DNA from: Variovorax sp.
GTDB lineage: Bacteria; Pseudomonadota; Gammaproteobacteria; Burkholderiales; Burkholderiaceae_C
Reading direction: 5' to 3'
DNA: 64,000 nt
NCBI GenBank assembly: GCA_965218415.1
Contig: CBDCKT010000003.1
Location: forward strand, 1,896,904-1,960,903
The notes under the pieces are model-generated. The model worked only from the letters and a program-made list of their open reading frames with translations. It was not told the origin of the DNA and did no database searches. The position numbers were made by a program, and so were the translations under genes. Below are positions 40,508 through 50,319 of this stretch, piece after piece (the stretch's first letter is position 1; each line of letters opens with the position of its first letter).

Positions 40508-42499
40508 TCATTTCGGCCGAATCAACGCCACGTCCAGCCAATTCGCAAACTTGGCGGTGAAGCTCGCACGCAGGTGATCGGCGTCCTTGTAGATCGGTTT
40601 GCCATCGGTCGTGGCGCGGATGCATTTGTCGGCGATGCAGAGGGTTTGCAGCGGATCGATCACCGACACACCGGCCTGCTTCGCAATCTCCCGTAACCTC
40701 GTATTCAACTGCCGCTGCGCTTCGGGCAGCGGCGCGGTCGGCGTCAAGCGCGCGGCTTTCAAAGTGCCGAGCCGGCTGCCGCTGATGAGCTTTTCGGGGC
40801 CGAAGGCAGCGCCGACCGGCACGTCGAGCAGCAGGTAAACCTTCTTCTGGACCGACAGCAGCTTGAGCAGGCGCTCCAGCGATTCGAGCGCTTTCTCGAC
40901 GCCGTCGCCATTCTGAAATGGATGCCTTCCGTCGGCGTCGACGTAGAAAAAGCCGACACCTTCGGGCAATTTCAGTGCCGGGTTGGCGAGCGTGACGAAG
41001 TAGCAGTTCCAGCAGCCGCCGACCACAACCGAGTCGACGTCGCGGCCCAGCGCGTATTGAATCATTTCCTTTCGGCGCGGGTCGCAAAACACGTTGTGAC
41101 CGTCGACCACGCCGGGAATCGGCGGACAGCCGCCCCAGGTCGCAAAGAAAAGGGTGTTGAGCTGATCGGGCAACTCCTTTGCAAGCGCAACGGCGCGCGG
41201 GCCGTATTGCTCGATATGGCTGTCACCGAACAGCAGCACATTGCCGCCGCCCGAACCGATGCGGTAGATCAGCTGGTCGCCGATCTGCATCGGCGTCAAA
41301 CCGTCGGGGTAGGTCCAGTCGCGCTTCGCCGCCACCACTTCGCTGATGTACGCATCGTTGTGCCGGTTCGGCAGCGCATGACGGTTCGCGAGCAAGCCGG
41401 CGGCGCCCAGTGTCACCATCGCGGCGATCAGCATGACAACGACCACCCGTCGTCCGTTATGACGCAATCGCAGTTCCAGCAACCGATAAGTGAGCCAGGC
41501 CAGCATGAAGCTGGCCAGCACGATCGCGAAACGTATCCAGAGATTCGGTTTGCCTTCGCCGACGATGCGCGCGAACACCAGCAACGGCCAGTGCCAGAGG
41601 TAGAGCGGATAGCTGATAAGGCCGATCCACACCAACGGTCTGGCCGCGAGCAGCTTGCGGTTAAAAAATGCGGTCGGCCCGGCCGAGATGCAATAGAAGG
41701 TGCCCACTGTCGGCAGCAAGGCCCAGGTTCCCGGAAAGGTTCGTCCATTGCGAATCAGCACCAGGCCGAGCACGATACAAAGCAATCCGAACACCGATTG
41801 CAGATCGCGATAGCGGGTCAGCCGATCGGGTCGGTTCTGCCGCCACCAGGCCAGCGCGCCGCCGATCATCAATTCCCAGAAGCGCGACAGCGGCGAGTAG
41901 AACGCCGCGGTTTGGTGGCTGTGAACGGTGGAGATATTCAACGCGAACGAAGCCGCTGCGAGCGCGCCGACCACGAACGACAGCCGCCACTTTCGCTTGT
42001 AGGCAAGCCCTAACAGCAGCGGCCAGACGATGTAGAACTGCTCTTCGATCGCGAGCGACCACAAATGGAGCAGCGGCTTGGTCTCGGCCACCGTGTCGAA
42101 ATAGCCGGCCTCGCTCCAGAACGCGAAGTTCGACACGAACGCTGTGCCGGCAAACAGATGCTTGCCGAGCTGCACCCACTCGTGCGGCAACAGCACCCAC
42201 CAGCCGATCGCCAAAGTCGCCGCTAGAACCAATGCCAGCGCCGGAAAAATGCGCCGAATCCGCCGCGCGTAAAAGGTTCGATAACTGAAACCCTGCGCCG
42301 ACAGGCTGCGAAAGATGATCGAGCTGATCAGAAAACCCGAAATGACGAAGAAGACATCGACGCCGATGAAGCCGGCCCGCATCCATTCGGGAAAGGCATG
42401 AAAGGCGACCACCGCGATCACCGCGATCGCGCGCAATCCGTCGATGTCGGGTCGGTAGGTCGGATGGACGAGCGGCGGCGGGTCGGTGGTGGAATTCAT
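40508..42499 (-). CDS. Acyltransferase-3/SGNH fusion (OafA/OatA-like O-acetyltransferase)
   Basis: YRPDIDGLRAIAV, GVDVFFVISG, RIRRIFP, HLWSLAIEEQFY, ISYPLYLWHWP; SGNH motifs GDSH and DADH. Confidence 0.93.
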   Translation of the reverse strand: MNSTTDPPPLVHPTYRPDIDGLRAIAVIAVVAFHAFPEWMRAGFIGVDVFFVISGFLISSIIFRSLSAQGFSYRTFYARRIRRIFPALALVLAATLAIGWWVLLPHEWVQLGKHLFAGTAFVSNFAFWSEAGYFDTVAETKPLLHLWSLAIEEQFYIVWPLLLGLAYKRKWRLSFVVGALAAASFALNISTVHSHQTAAFYSPLSRFWELMIGGALAWWRQNRPDRLTRYRDLQSVFGLLCIVLGLVLIRNGRTFPGTWALLPTVGTFYCISAGPTAFFNRKLLAARPLVWIGLISYPLYLWHWPLLVFARIVGEGKPNLWIRFAIVLASFMLAWLTYRLLELRLRHNGRRVVVVMLIAAMVTLGAAGLLANRHALPNRHNDAYISEVVAAKRDWTYPDGLTPMQIGDQLIYRIGSGGGNVLLFGDSHIEQYGPRAVALAKELPDQLNTLFFATWGGCPPIPGVVDGHNVFCDPRRKEMIQYALGRDVDSVVVGGCWNCYFVTLANPALKLPEGVGFFYVDADGRHPFQNGDGVEKALESLERLLKLLSVQKKVYLLLDVPVGAAFGPEKLISGSRLGTLKAARLTPTAPLPEAQRQLNTRLREIAKQAGVSVIDPLQTLCIADKCIRATTDGKPIYKDADHLRASFTAKFANWLDVALIRPK

Positions 42500-42551
42500 T
42501 CGGGCGTCATTGTGCGCACAACCTTTTCATCGGTTTCGAAGGCCGGATCCG

Positions 42552-44717
42552 CTAAAGAGCGGCGCTCAGTCCCAGCCTCAGCGTGCGCGCCGAACCGGGA
42601 AACAAGTACACATGGCTGAACTGGGTCGGTGACTCTTTCCAGTAGCGGCGGTTCAAGACGTTCTCCACGGCCAAAGTCCAGCGCAGCGATGTGCCTTGCC
42701 ATTTCGTGTCGTAGCGCAGCGCGGTGTCGAAACGCGTCCACGACGGCAATTCGATCGATCCATCGGCCAGAACGTTGCGCTTGCCTTCGTGCGAGAGCTG
42801 GCCTTCGATTTCGAGCCCCGGCACGCTCGCGAGCCGGTACGCGGCTTGCGCGCGAACCACCGCGCGGGGCACGTTGGTCGGCCGCTCGCCGTTGACGGCC
42901 GGGTCGGCGATGCTGCTTTCGCGCCTGGCGTCGAGCCAAGTGAGGCCGCTTGCGAGCCGCCATGGGCCTCGGCGCCATTGGCCGCTGGCTTCGACGCCTC
43001 GATGCCGCGCCGCGCCGTCGAAGCCGATCGTGCAGGCGCCTGCTGCGGCGTCGCAGGTGTCGAGGTTGGTGGCGGGGCGGCGAATGTCGAAGTAGGCGAC
43101 CCGCCAATCGAATGCCGCTTGCGTTCCCTTGAGCCCTATTTCCCACTGGCGCGATTCGAGCGCCGGCAGTGCCTGGCCGGCGTTGCTGTAGATCGGCAGG
43201 TTCGGCACCAACTGCGATTCGACCCCTTTGCCCCAGCTCGCATAGGCCAGCAAATCGGGTCGCAATGCATAGCTTGCAGCCACCCAGGGTGTCGTGAAGG
43301 TCTGGCTGTAGGCGGTCGGGTTAGCGCCGTCGGTGCCGATGCTGGTTCGTGAAAGTCGGGTGTAGCGCACGCCGACCCAGGTCGTGAGCTGCTCGTTCCA
43401 ATGGATCGCGTCGTGGACCGAGAACTCGGTCGAGCGCTCGTTGCGATTCGTGTTCGGCGTGGTCAGGCCCGGATCGGGCGGCACGATCGCGGTACCGACA
43501 ATGTTGCCGCTGCCGACATAGTTGAACGCCGAATCATCGAAGCGATTGCGCACCTGGCTGCGGGTCAGGCCGAAAGCGAGTTCGTGCCGCACGCTGCCGG
43601 TCATCGCGCTGCCTTTGAGGCTCAGGTTGCCGGCAGTTTCGACGCGGCGTTCGTTCTCGCTGCGGAAATCGTAGAAGTCGAAAGTGCCGTCCGAGCAATA
43701 GCGGTCGAAGTTGCCTTCGGCGCCGCAGCCGAAAGGGAATGCGAGGCGGTCGTCGGTTTTGAGGCGTTGCCGGCCTACTTGCGCGCTCCAGCGCCAATCG
43801 CGCGCAAGCGCCTGGGTGAAGCGCAGGGTGCCGGTCAGCGCATCGAAGCGCGACGGCTGCGACCAGGGCTGATTATTCAGGTTGAGGTTGGGGTTCGGCA
43901 CCGCCGGCAACACGTTGCCGAGCAGGCTGAAGCCGGCCTGGCTCGGCTGCGTCTTGTGGCTTTTCTCGATCTCGAATTCGACCAGCGAATCGCGCGTGAC
44001 GCGCCAGTCGGCCGCGAGTGAAAACAGGTTGCGGTTGCCGTCGATGTTGTGCGTCTGCGGCTTCAGGTTCTCGAACGCGGCGTTGAAGCGATAGCCGAAC
44101 TGCCGGTCTGCACCGAATCGGCCGCCGAGATCGACCGCGCCGAGCAGACTGCCACGGCTCGAATATTCGGTGCGGACTTCACGCAAATCCTTTTCGGTCG
44201 GCCGTTTGACGACGTAGTTGACCAGCCCGCCCGGCGCGCTGGTGCCGGCCTGAATGCCGCTGGTGCCGCGCAGGATTTCGACCCGCTCCTTGTTGTCGAG
44301 CGGAATCGAGGTTTCGGCGCTGATCGGCAAGCCCTCGCGCTGGTAGTTGAAGCGGTTGTCGAGTACGAAGCCGCGCACCGTCAAGAAGTCCCAGTAGCCG
44401 GGCGAGTTGTACGAATCGGTGACCGACGCATCGAACTGCGTGAGGTCGGACAGGCGCCGCGCGCCGCTTGCCGCAATTTGGCCGCTGTCGATCACCGTCG
44501 CCGAGATCGGCACCGCCGAGAGCGGCATGTCGCCGAAACCGCTGACATTGGCAGCAGGCGGCGGCGCATCGGCACTGACCGTCACCGCAGGCAAGGTGCG
44601 TTCCTGTGCATGCACCGACACCGCATTTGCTATGAAAATTAGAGCTGTCAGCGCACGCAGGACGGGCGTTTCAGCCCCTTTTTTCTTGAAAACCGGGTTG
44701 TACGAAGAAGTTGCCAT
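42552..44717 (-). CDS. TonB-dependent receptor under TPP riboswitch control (thiamine/precursor uptake candidate)
   Basis: TonB box-like PAVTVSA; plug motifs VRGF and ERVEILRG; C-terminal aromatic residue of a beta-barrel; start at ATG 44717. Confidence 0.9.
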   Translation of the reverse strand: MATSSYNPVFKKKGAETPVLRALTALIFIANAVSVHAQERTLPAVTVSADAPPPAANVSGFGDMPLSAVPISATVIDSGQIAASGARRLSDLTQFDASVTDSYNSPGYWDFLTVRGFVLDNRFNYQREGLPISAETSIPLDNKERVEILRGTSGIQAGTSAPGGLVNYVVKRPTEKDLREVRTEYSSRGSLLGAVDLGGRFGADRQFGYRFNAAFENLKPQTHNIDGNRNLFSLAADWRVTRDSLVEFEIEKSHKTQPSQAGFSLLGNVLPAVPNPNLNLNNQPWSQPSRFDALTGTLRFTQALARDWRWSAQVGRQRLKTDDRLAFPFGCGAEGNFDRYCSDGTFDFYDFRSENERRVETAGNLSLKGSAMTGSVRHELAFGLTRSQVRNRFDDSAFNYVGSGNIVGTAIVPPDPGLTTPNTNRNERSTEFSVHDAIHWNEQLTTWVGVRYTRLSRTSIGTDGANPTAYSQTFTTPWVAASYALRPDLLAYASWGKGVESQLVPNLPIYSNAGQALPALESRQWEIGLKGTQAAFDWRVAYFDIRRPATNLDTCDAAAGACTIGFDGAARHRGVEASGQWRRGPWRLASGLTWLDARRESSIADPAVNGERPTNVPRAVVRAQAAYRLASVPGLEIEGQLSHEGKRNVLADGSIELPSWTRFDTALRYDTKWQGTSLRWTLAVENVLNRRYWKESPTQFSHVYLFPGSARTLRLGLSAAL
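44629..44692 (-). repeat. 64-bp dispersed repeat, copy 10 (in frame, forms the signal peptide n/h region)
   Basis: Reverse complement TTTTCAAGAAAAAAGGGGCTGAAACGCCCGTCCTGCGTGCGCTGACAGCTCTAATTTTCATAGC, encoding FKKKGAETPVLRALTALIFIA. Confidence 0.85.
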
Positions 44718-44792
44718 GACGTTCTTTCGACGCAATGGCAGGTCGGCTTGCGATGCCCGAATGGCTGGCGAGATGGCAGCCGGGCTTTTTTG

Positions 44793-44890
44793 CATGCTTC
44801 CCTGCGCGAGGATTACCTCAATCAGGTTCAAAGGGACTTTCTCAGCCGTTGCGCAACCGGTTTGATTGCGCGTCGGCACCCCTAGCGATG
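44793..44890 (-). ncRNA. TPP riboswitch 1 (upstream of the TonB receptor)
   Basis: Reverse complement: ctaggggtgcc...GGCTGAGAaagtCCCTTTGAACCTGAttgaGGTAATcctcGCGcAGGGAAGC. Confidence 0.95.
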
Positions 44891-44922
44891 TCTGCCGACT
44901 GTGCTCGGCGGACCGTTGAATT

Positions 44923-45876
44923 CTATGCGCCGCCTGCGAACGACACTTTCCCGCCAGACGCGACGATCGCCATCAATTGCGCTGCCGCAGCCTCGGGATC
45001 GGCCGCCGCGACGAGTCCGCGCACCACCCCCACCGAGCCGACGCCGGTCGCCAGCACCGCGGGCATGCGCTCGGCATCGATGCCGCCGATGGCAACTTGT
45101 GGATAGCCGCGCATCAGCCGCGCGTAAGCATCCAGCCGCGCGACGCCTTGCGGCGCAGTCGCCATCTGCTTGAGGGTCGTCGGGAAGACCGCACCCATCG
45201 CGATATAGCTCGGGCTTACCGCGTCGGCGCGGACCATTTCCGCATAGCCATGGGTGCTGACGCCGAGTCGCAAGCCGGCCGCGCGAATCTGGTCGAGTGC
45301 GCTTGCGGGCAGGGCGTCCAGGTCTTCCTGGCCCAGATGAACGCCGTATGCGCCGACGGCAATGGCAGTCCGCCAATGGTCGTTGACAAAGAGCAAGGCG
45401 TCGGTTCCGCGCACGGCATCGACCGCAGCGCCGACTTCCTCGATGACTGCTTGCGCATCGTTCGCCTTGAAGCGCAACTGCAATGTCGGCACGCCCGCGC
45501 GCGCCATCCGGGCGACCCAGGCGGCGTCGGGCAGCACGGCATACAGGCCGAGCTGTTCGGGGCAGGGCGCGAATGCATCGGTGCGCTCGGCGGGCGGGTA
45601 TTCGCGCAGGCCGAAATCGGCGGGCGTGTCGGGCCAGTGGATCGCGTCGAAGCGGCCGGTTCGCCGGGTCTGAGCCTGCCAGGCATGGGCCAGCAGGTCG
45701 GCATCGGCTGCAATGAAACCGAGCGTGGCGCACGCCTGACGCGCGCCATGCAGAACGGGGTCGCCGTCGTTGACCCCAAGTTCGGTGTCGTTGGGCTTGG
45801 CGCTGCCGAACCGTGCCGTATGCGCCAGCACGATCGCAGCGGCAATCGATGCGGCGTCGCCAATCCGATCGTTCAT
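44923..45876 (-). CDS. thiE: Thiamine-phosphate synthase with N-terminal extension
   Basis: QLRFK, NDHW, GVHLGQED, GVSTHG, FPTTLK and AIGGI motifs; ATGA overlap with thiG. Confidence 0.9.
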   Translation of the reverse strand: MNDRIGDAASIAAAIVLAHTARFGSAKPNDTELGVNDGDPVLHGARQACATLGFIAADADLLAHAWQAQTRRTGRFDAIHWPDTPADFGLREYPPAERTDAFAPCPEQLGLYAVLPDAAWVARMARAGVPTLQLRFKANDAQAVIEEVGAAVDAVRGTDALLFVNDHWRTAIAVGAYGVHLGQEDLDALPASALDQIRAAGLRLGVSTHGYAEMVRADAVSPSYIAMGAVFPTTLKQMATAPQGVARLDAYARLMRGYPQVAIGGIDAERMPAVLATGVGSVGVVRGLVAAADPEAAAAQLMAIVASGGKVSFAGGA

Positions 45877-46700
45877 CGCGATGCCTCCTGATGCCAGAAC
45901 GGCGTTCCGAGCACCGGAGTGCTGGGCTGTGCCGCCTCCTGCGCGGTCATGGCCCCCGCCAGACGCGCTGCGCGACCGGCGCGCACCGCATCGGCAAAGG
46001 ATCCGGCCATCATGACCGGGTCTTGCGCCAGCGCGACCGCGGTGTTGAGCAACACGCCGTCGTAACCCCACTCCATGACCTGACATGCCTGCGACGGCAA
46101 GCCGAGGCCAGCGTCGATCAGCATCGGCACCTCGAGTCGTTCGCGCAGCATCTGCAATGCATAAGGGTTGACCGGACCGCGGCCGGTACCGATCGGTGCC
46201 GCCCACGGCATGACGGCCTGGCAACCGACTTCGACCAGGCGCCGGCACAGCACCAGGTCTTCGGTGCAGTAGGGCAGCACCTGAAAGCCGTCGCGAATCA
46301 GTCGAGATGCCGCATCGACGAGGTTCAAAGTGTCAGGCTGGAGCGTGTAGTCGTCGCCGATCAATTCGAGCTTGATCCACGGCGTCTCGAACACTTCGCG
46401 CGCCATCTGCGCGGTTGTGATGACCTCCTCGATGCTGTGGCATCCCGCCGTGTTGGGCAGCACCGGCGTGTCGAGCGCGCGCAGCAGCGCCCAGAAGCCG
46501 TTGTCGTCGCCTGAAGTGCCGGCACTGGCCGACTGGCGGCGTAGCGACGCGGTGAGCATGGCGGGACGGGCCCGCCGCACGGCCGCTTCGAGCACATCGG
46601 GAGACGGGAAGCGCGCGGTGCCGAGCAGCAGACGGCTTTCGAACGACTGTCCGTAGAGCACCAGCGGGTCGCTGTGCGTTGATGATTCGACTTGATTCAT
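45873..46700 (-). CDS. thiG: Thiazole synthase
   Basis: SRLLLGT, LPNTAGC, WIKLE, MPWAAPIGTG and DAGLG motifs. Confidence 0.95.
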   Translation of the reverse strand: MNQVESSTHSDPLVLYGQSFESRLLLGTARFPSPDVLEAAVRRARPAMLTASLRRQSASAGTSGDDNGFWALLRALDTPVLPNTAGCHSIEEVITTAQMAREVFETPWIKLELIGDDYTLQPDTLNLVDAASRLIRDGFQVLPYCTEDLVLCRRLVEVGCQAVMPWAAPIGTGRGPVNPYALQMLRERLEVPMLIDAGLGLPSQACQVMEWGYDGVLLNTAVALAQDPVMMAGSFADAVRAGRAARLAGAMTAQEAAQPSTPVLGTPFWHQEASR

Positions 46701-46711
46701 GTTGGAGGAAT

Positions 46712-46909
46712 TTAACCGCCGGTGACAGGCCGAATGACCTCGACCCTGTCGTCGGGCGCGAGGGTCCGGGTGGCATGGGCCGAGCGCGGAACGAAGTCCT
46801 TGTTGACCGCCACCGCGAACGGCGGCGTGGCTTTCAGCGCCTCCAACGCATCGGCGACGCAGGCGTCTTCGGGAAGTTCGTGAGATGTGTCGTTGATCAG
46901 GATGCGCAT
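46712..46909 (-). CDS. thiS: Sulfur carrier protein
   Basis: 65 aa; AVAVN..FVPR; C-terminal GG. Confidence 0.95.
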   Translation of the reverse strand: MRILINDTSHELPEDACVADALEALKATPPFAVAVNKDFVPRSAHATRTLAPDDRVEVIRPVTGG

Positions 46910-48021
46910 CGTGTTTCGTCCCCGTTAAGTTGCAGCCCCAGGCGTTCGGCGAGCGCCGAATGACCGGACCGCAGGATTTCAATTGTTATGTCGAGCAGCG
47001 CAGGCGCGACCAAAAAACCGTGGCGGTACAGGCCGTTGATCTGCAGCACCCGTTTGGCAGGCTGGCGGATCGCGGGCAAGTTGTCGGGCAGCGTCGGGCG
47101 GCAATGGGCTGCCATTTCGACGATCCGGGCCTCGGCGAAGCCACTGTGCACTGCGTAGGCGGCGCTCAAAAGTTCGAGCGCCGAGCGCACGCTTATCGGC
47201 GACATGTCGTCCGACTCGATCTCGGTCGCGCCGATCACGAACAGATGGTCAGGTTTGGGCGCGATGTAGAGCGGATAGCGCGGATGGACGAGTCGCGTCG
47301 GCCGCGTGAGCGGGACTTCGGGCGCATGGACCCGGATCACCTCACCGCGCACGCCACGAAGTGCCGGCCATTCACGCCTCGCGCCGAGTCCGCGGCAATC
47401 GATGACCCAGTCGGGCTCGCCGCGTTGGCCCGGTTGGCCGGGCCGGAAGTCCTCGAGCGCCCGCGCCGTCTGCCAATGCAAGGTGACGCGCGGATCGGCC
47501 TCGAGCGTCGCGAGCAGTGCGCCCAGCAGGGCGCGGTTGTCGAGTTGACCTTCATCGCGCAAGAAGATGCCTTGCGTGAACCGGTGCCCCAAGGACGGCT
47601 CGAGTGCTTCGATTTCATCGGCCTGCAACCTCTCCGGGCCCGGCAATTCGGGGATCTGCTCGGCAGTGCGCGACAGCACCTGGACGAGCCGCGTGGCTTC
47701 GGCGGCGTCTTGCCGATGCCACAGCATCAATGTGCCTTCGCGCTGAAAAAACACCGGCAACGCGAGCGTCTGCAAAAGCGCTGGCCAGCGCTCGATCGCG
47801 TGAATGCCCATCCGAACCACGGACAGCGGCGCAACGGCTGACTCGGCCAGCGGCGCGAGCATGGCTGCGGCGATTCGCGCCGCGGCGGTGCGCCCGTCGG
47901 ACTCGCCTGCGTCGAACAAGTCCACCCGGCAGTCGGCGTGCGCGAGGCTGACCGCCAACAGTCGGCCCATCAGGCCGGCGCCGAGAATCGCGACCGACTC
48001 GAGCGGCAAGGCAGCGGGCAT
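46897..48021 (-). CDS. thiO: Glycine oxidase ThiO (FAD-dependent)
   Basis: GAGLMG, AAAMLAP, IDCRGLG, VRGE, RPTLPDNLP and NGLYRHG motifs; upstream of thiS. Confidence 0.9.
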   Translation of the reverse strand: MPAALPLESVAILGAGLMGRLLAVSLAHADCRVDLFDAGESDGRTAAARIAAAMLAPLAESAVAPLSVVRMGIHAIERWPALLQTLALPVFFQREGTLMLWHRQDAAEATRLVQVLSRTAEQIPELPGPERLQADEIEALEPSLGHRFTQGIFLRDEGQLDNRALLGALLATLEADPRVTLHWQTARALEDFRPGQPGQRGEPDWVIDCRGLGARREWPALRGVRGEVIRVHAPEVPLTRPTRLVHPRYPLYIAPKPDHLFVIGATEIESDDMSPISVRSALELLSAAYAVHSGFAEARIVEMAAHCRPTLPDNLPAIRQPAKRVLQINGLYRHGFLVAPALLDITIEILRSGHSALAERLGLQLNGDETRCAS

Positions 48022-48071
48022 CTTCAGTCGCCCCTCGCTTCGAAGGTCGCGGCTCGCCGATACTCGGCCCG

Positions 48072-48938
48072 ATGATTCATCCGCTCTCCACGCCATCCAA
48101 TACGCCGACGCGATACGCGCGCGTGCTCACGATCGCCGGCTCCGACAGTGGCGGCGGCGCTGGCATCCAGGCGGACCTCAAGACTTTCGCAGCGCTCGGC
48201 TGCTACGGCATGAGCGCGATCACCGCACTTACAGCGCAAAACACGGTAGGCGTATCGGCAATTCATGCAGTGCCGCCGGCGTTTCTCGAAGCCCAGATCC
48301 GCGCGGTGGTCGAAGACATCGGCGTCGATGCGGTCAAGCTCGGCATGCTGCATGCGCCCGAAGTCGTCGAAGTGGTGGCGCGGGCGATCGACCGCTACCG
48401 GCTGCCGCATGTGGTGCTCGATCCGGTGATGGTCGCAACCAGCGGCGACCGGTTGATTGCCGAGGAAACGGTGCAGTTGCTGGTGCGCGAACTGTTTCCG
48501 CGCGCTGTGCTCGTCACGCCGAATCTCGACGAAGCGCAGCTTTTGATCGGCCATCCAATCGATGGGGTCCAAGCCTTCGAAAGCGCGGCCGAAGAATTGC
48601 TGGCGCTGGGCGCGCATGCAGTTTTGCTCAAGGGTGGGCATTTGCCCGGCGATGAGGTCGTCGATCTGCTGGCATCGAGCGACGGTAGCCGAAAGCGGCT
48701 GTCGTCGCGCCGCATCGAAAGCCGTAACCTGCATGGCACAGGCTGCACGCTGTCGTCCGCCATCGCGGCGTTCCTCGCGCTCGGCCATCCGCTCGTCGAT
48801 TCGGTCGAGCGCGCGCGGGCTTACGTGGTCGGCGCGCTGCAGGCCGGCGCGGATGTGAAGGTGGGCGAGGGCCACGGTCCGCTCAACCACGGCTTTGCGC
48901 CAGTGCCGATGCACCGGTTGCCGCCGATGGCCGGCTGA
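48072..48938 (+). CDS. thiD: HMP/HMP-P kinase
   Basis: IAGSDSGGGAGIQADLK, VLDPVM, TPNLDEA, LLKGGH and HGTGCTLSSAIA motifs. Confidence 0.95.
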   Translation: MIHPLSTPSNTPTRYARVLTIAGSDSGGGAGIQADLKTFAALGCYGMSAITALTAQNTVGVSAIHAVPPAFLEAQIRAVVEDIGVDAVKLGMLHAPEVVEVVARAIDRYRLPHVVLDPVMVATSGDRLIAEETVQLLVRELFPRAVLVTPNLDEAQLLIGHPIDGVQAFESAAEELLALGAHAVLLKGGHLPGDEVVDLLASSDGSRKRLSSRRIESRNLHGTGCTLSSAIAAFLALGHPLVDSVERARAYVVGALQAGADVKVGEGHGPLNHGFAPVPMHRLPPMAG

Positions 48939-50235
48939 GCCAGGCGGCGACGAAGGTCAGTGCCAGGGTCGGCAATGCCGAACCCCATTGCGGCGCCCAT
49001 TTGGCACACCCGTGATAGACCGCGATGCCGGCAATCCAGATCGAAGCCGCCCGCCAGTCGACGCGACGTGCGCCGACCGCTATCGCTTCAGCGCCGGTGC
49101 CGTAAAGGCCGAGACGCCCGAGTATCACGCCGTACAACGGCACGAACACCGAACTGAGCAGCAGCAGAAAAGGTTCGAGCGAATGCATCGGCAGCACTAG
49201 CGCAAAGGCGATGCACAGGGCGGCGAGCAAAAGGCCCCAGCGCCTGACGCTCCAGCGCGGCAGCAGGCTGTGGGTCGACACCGCGCCTGAATAGACATCA
49301 CCGTAGGCGTTGTCGAGTTCGTCGATGAGAATCAGACCCAGCGCCACCAGACCGCCTTGCGCGAGCAGCAAGGCTGTCACCAGCCCGGCACCCGGCTCGG
49401 CCGTGCTCACGACCATCACGCCGAGCGCATAGCACCAGATGTTGGCGAGCGCATAGCCGAGCCAGGTGCCGCTGAACGCACTGCCGAGGCCGCCTTTGGC
49501 ACTGGCGCGCTTTCCGTGACGCGCATAGTCGGCAACTAGCGGCAGCCAGGACACCGGCATCGCGATCACCAGATCGAGCGCGCCGAAGACACCCATGCTG
49601 CCGTCGCCGGGCCGCGACCAGAACGCATCGAAGCCATTGGCCGACAAGCGTGCCGCAAACTGCCAAGTCAGCCAGATCAGCGAGAGGATCACGAGCGGCA
49701 AACCGAAACGGCTCACGAACCTGCGCACCAGCTTGACCATCGATCCCGCGAGCAGCGCCAGCAGCACCGCGCCCCAAAGCAGCGTGAGGAGCCCGGTGGC
49801 GAGCGGCGTTCCGAGTTGCGTGCCGGTCGCCCCGAGCGCTTTGCCGGCGATCGCCTGCGTGCCCTCGCGCATGATCACGATCTCGAAGGTGGTCCAGCCG
49901 ACCAGCTGAACGATGTTGAGCAGCACCGGCAATCGCGCGAAGGCGCTGCCGTAGGTTGCATGCATCAATCCGGCGCTCGCGAGCCCGGTTTCACATCCCA
50001 GTCGGGCCGTCCATGCCAGCAGCCCGGCGCCCAGGCACGAGCCGATGACGATCGCAATGGTGGCGTCTCGCGTACCGACGGCTGGCACCAGATAGGCGCC
50101 GACCTGCATCACCAGAAGCCCAACGCCCAGGCTGAACCAGAGCGCAGCATGGTCGTGCCATCGGAAGACGCGCGCGTTGGCCGGCATCGGCGTCAACGCC
50201 TCGTTGGTGCCGGGAGAGGTTTCGATGTTTGCCAT
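48883..50235 (-). CDS. cytX: NCS1/CytX-like hydroxymethylpyrimidine permease
   Basis: WFSLGVGLLVMQVG, QLVGWTTFE, MPVSWLPLVADYAR; about 12 TM; TPP riboswitch upstream. Confidence 0.82.
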   Translation of the reverse strand: MANIETSPGTNEALTPMPANARVFRWHDHAALWFSLGVGLLVMQVGAYLVPAVGTRDATIAIVIGSCLGAGLLAWTARLGCETGLASAGLMHATYGSAFARLPVLLNIVQLVGWTTFEIVIMREGTQAIAGKALGATGTQLGTPLATGLLTLLWGAVLLALLAGSMVKLVRRFVSRFGLPLVILSLIWLTWQFAARLSANGFDAFWSRPGDGSMGVFGALDLVIAMPVSWLPLVADYARHGKRASAKGGLGSAFSGTWLGYALANIWCYALGVMVVSTAEPGAGLVTALLLAQGGLVALGLILIDELDNAYGDVYSGAVSTHSLLPRWSVRRWGLLLAALCIAFALVLPMHSLEPFLLLLSSVFVPLYGVILGRLGLYGTGAEAIAVGARRVDWRAASIWIAGIAVYHGCAKWAPQWGSALPTLALTFVAAWLSRPSAATGASALAQSRG

Positions 50236-50319
50236 TCGTTTGCTCCAAAGCAAAGTTCTGGCAGGTGGGCAACAATTCAGTGGCTGAAATTCAACGAGAG
50301 AGTCGTCGCGGCCATCGAA

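Noticed and set aside
42552-44717. Iron-siderophore receptor
   Set aside because: Directly preceded by a TPP riboswitch, with no evident Fur box or iron-uptake neighbours.
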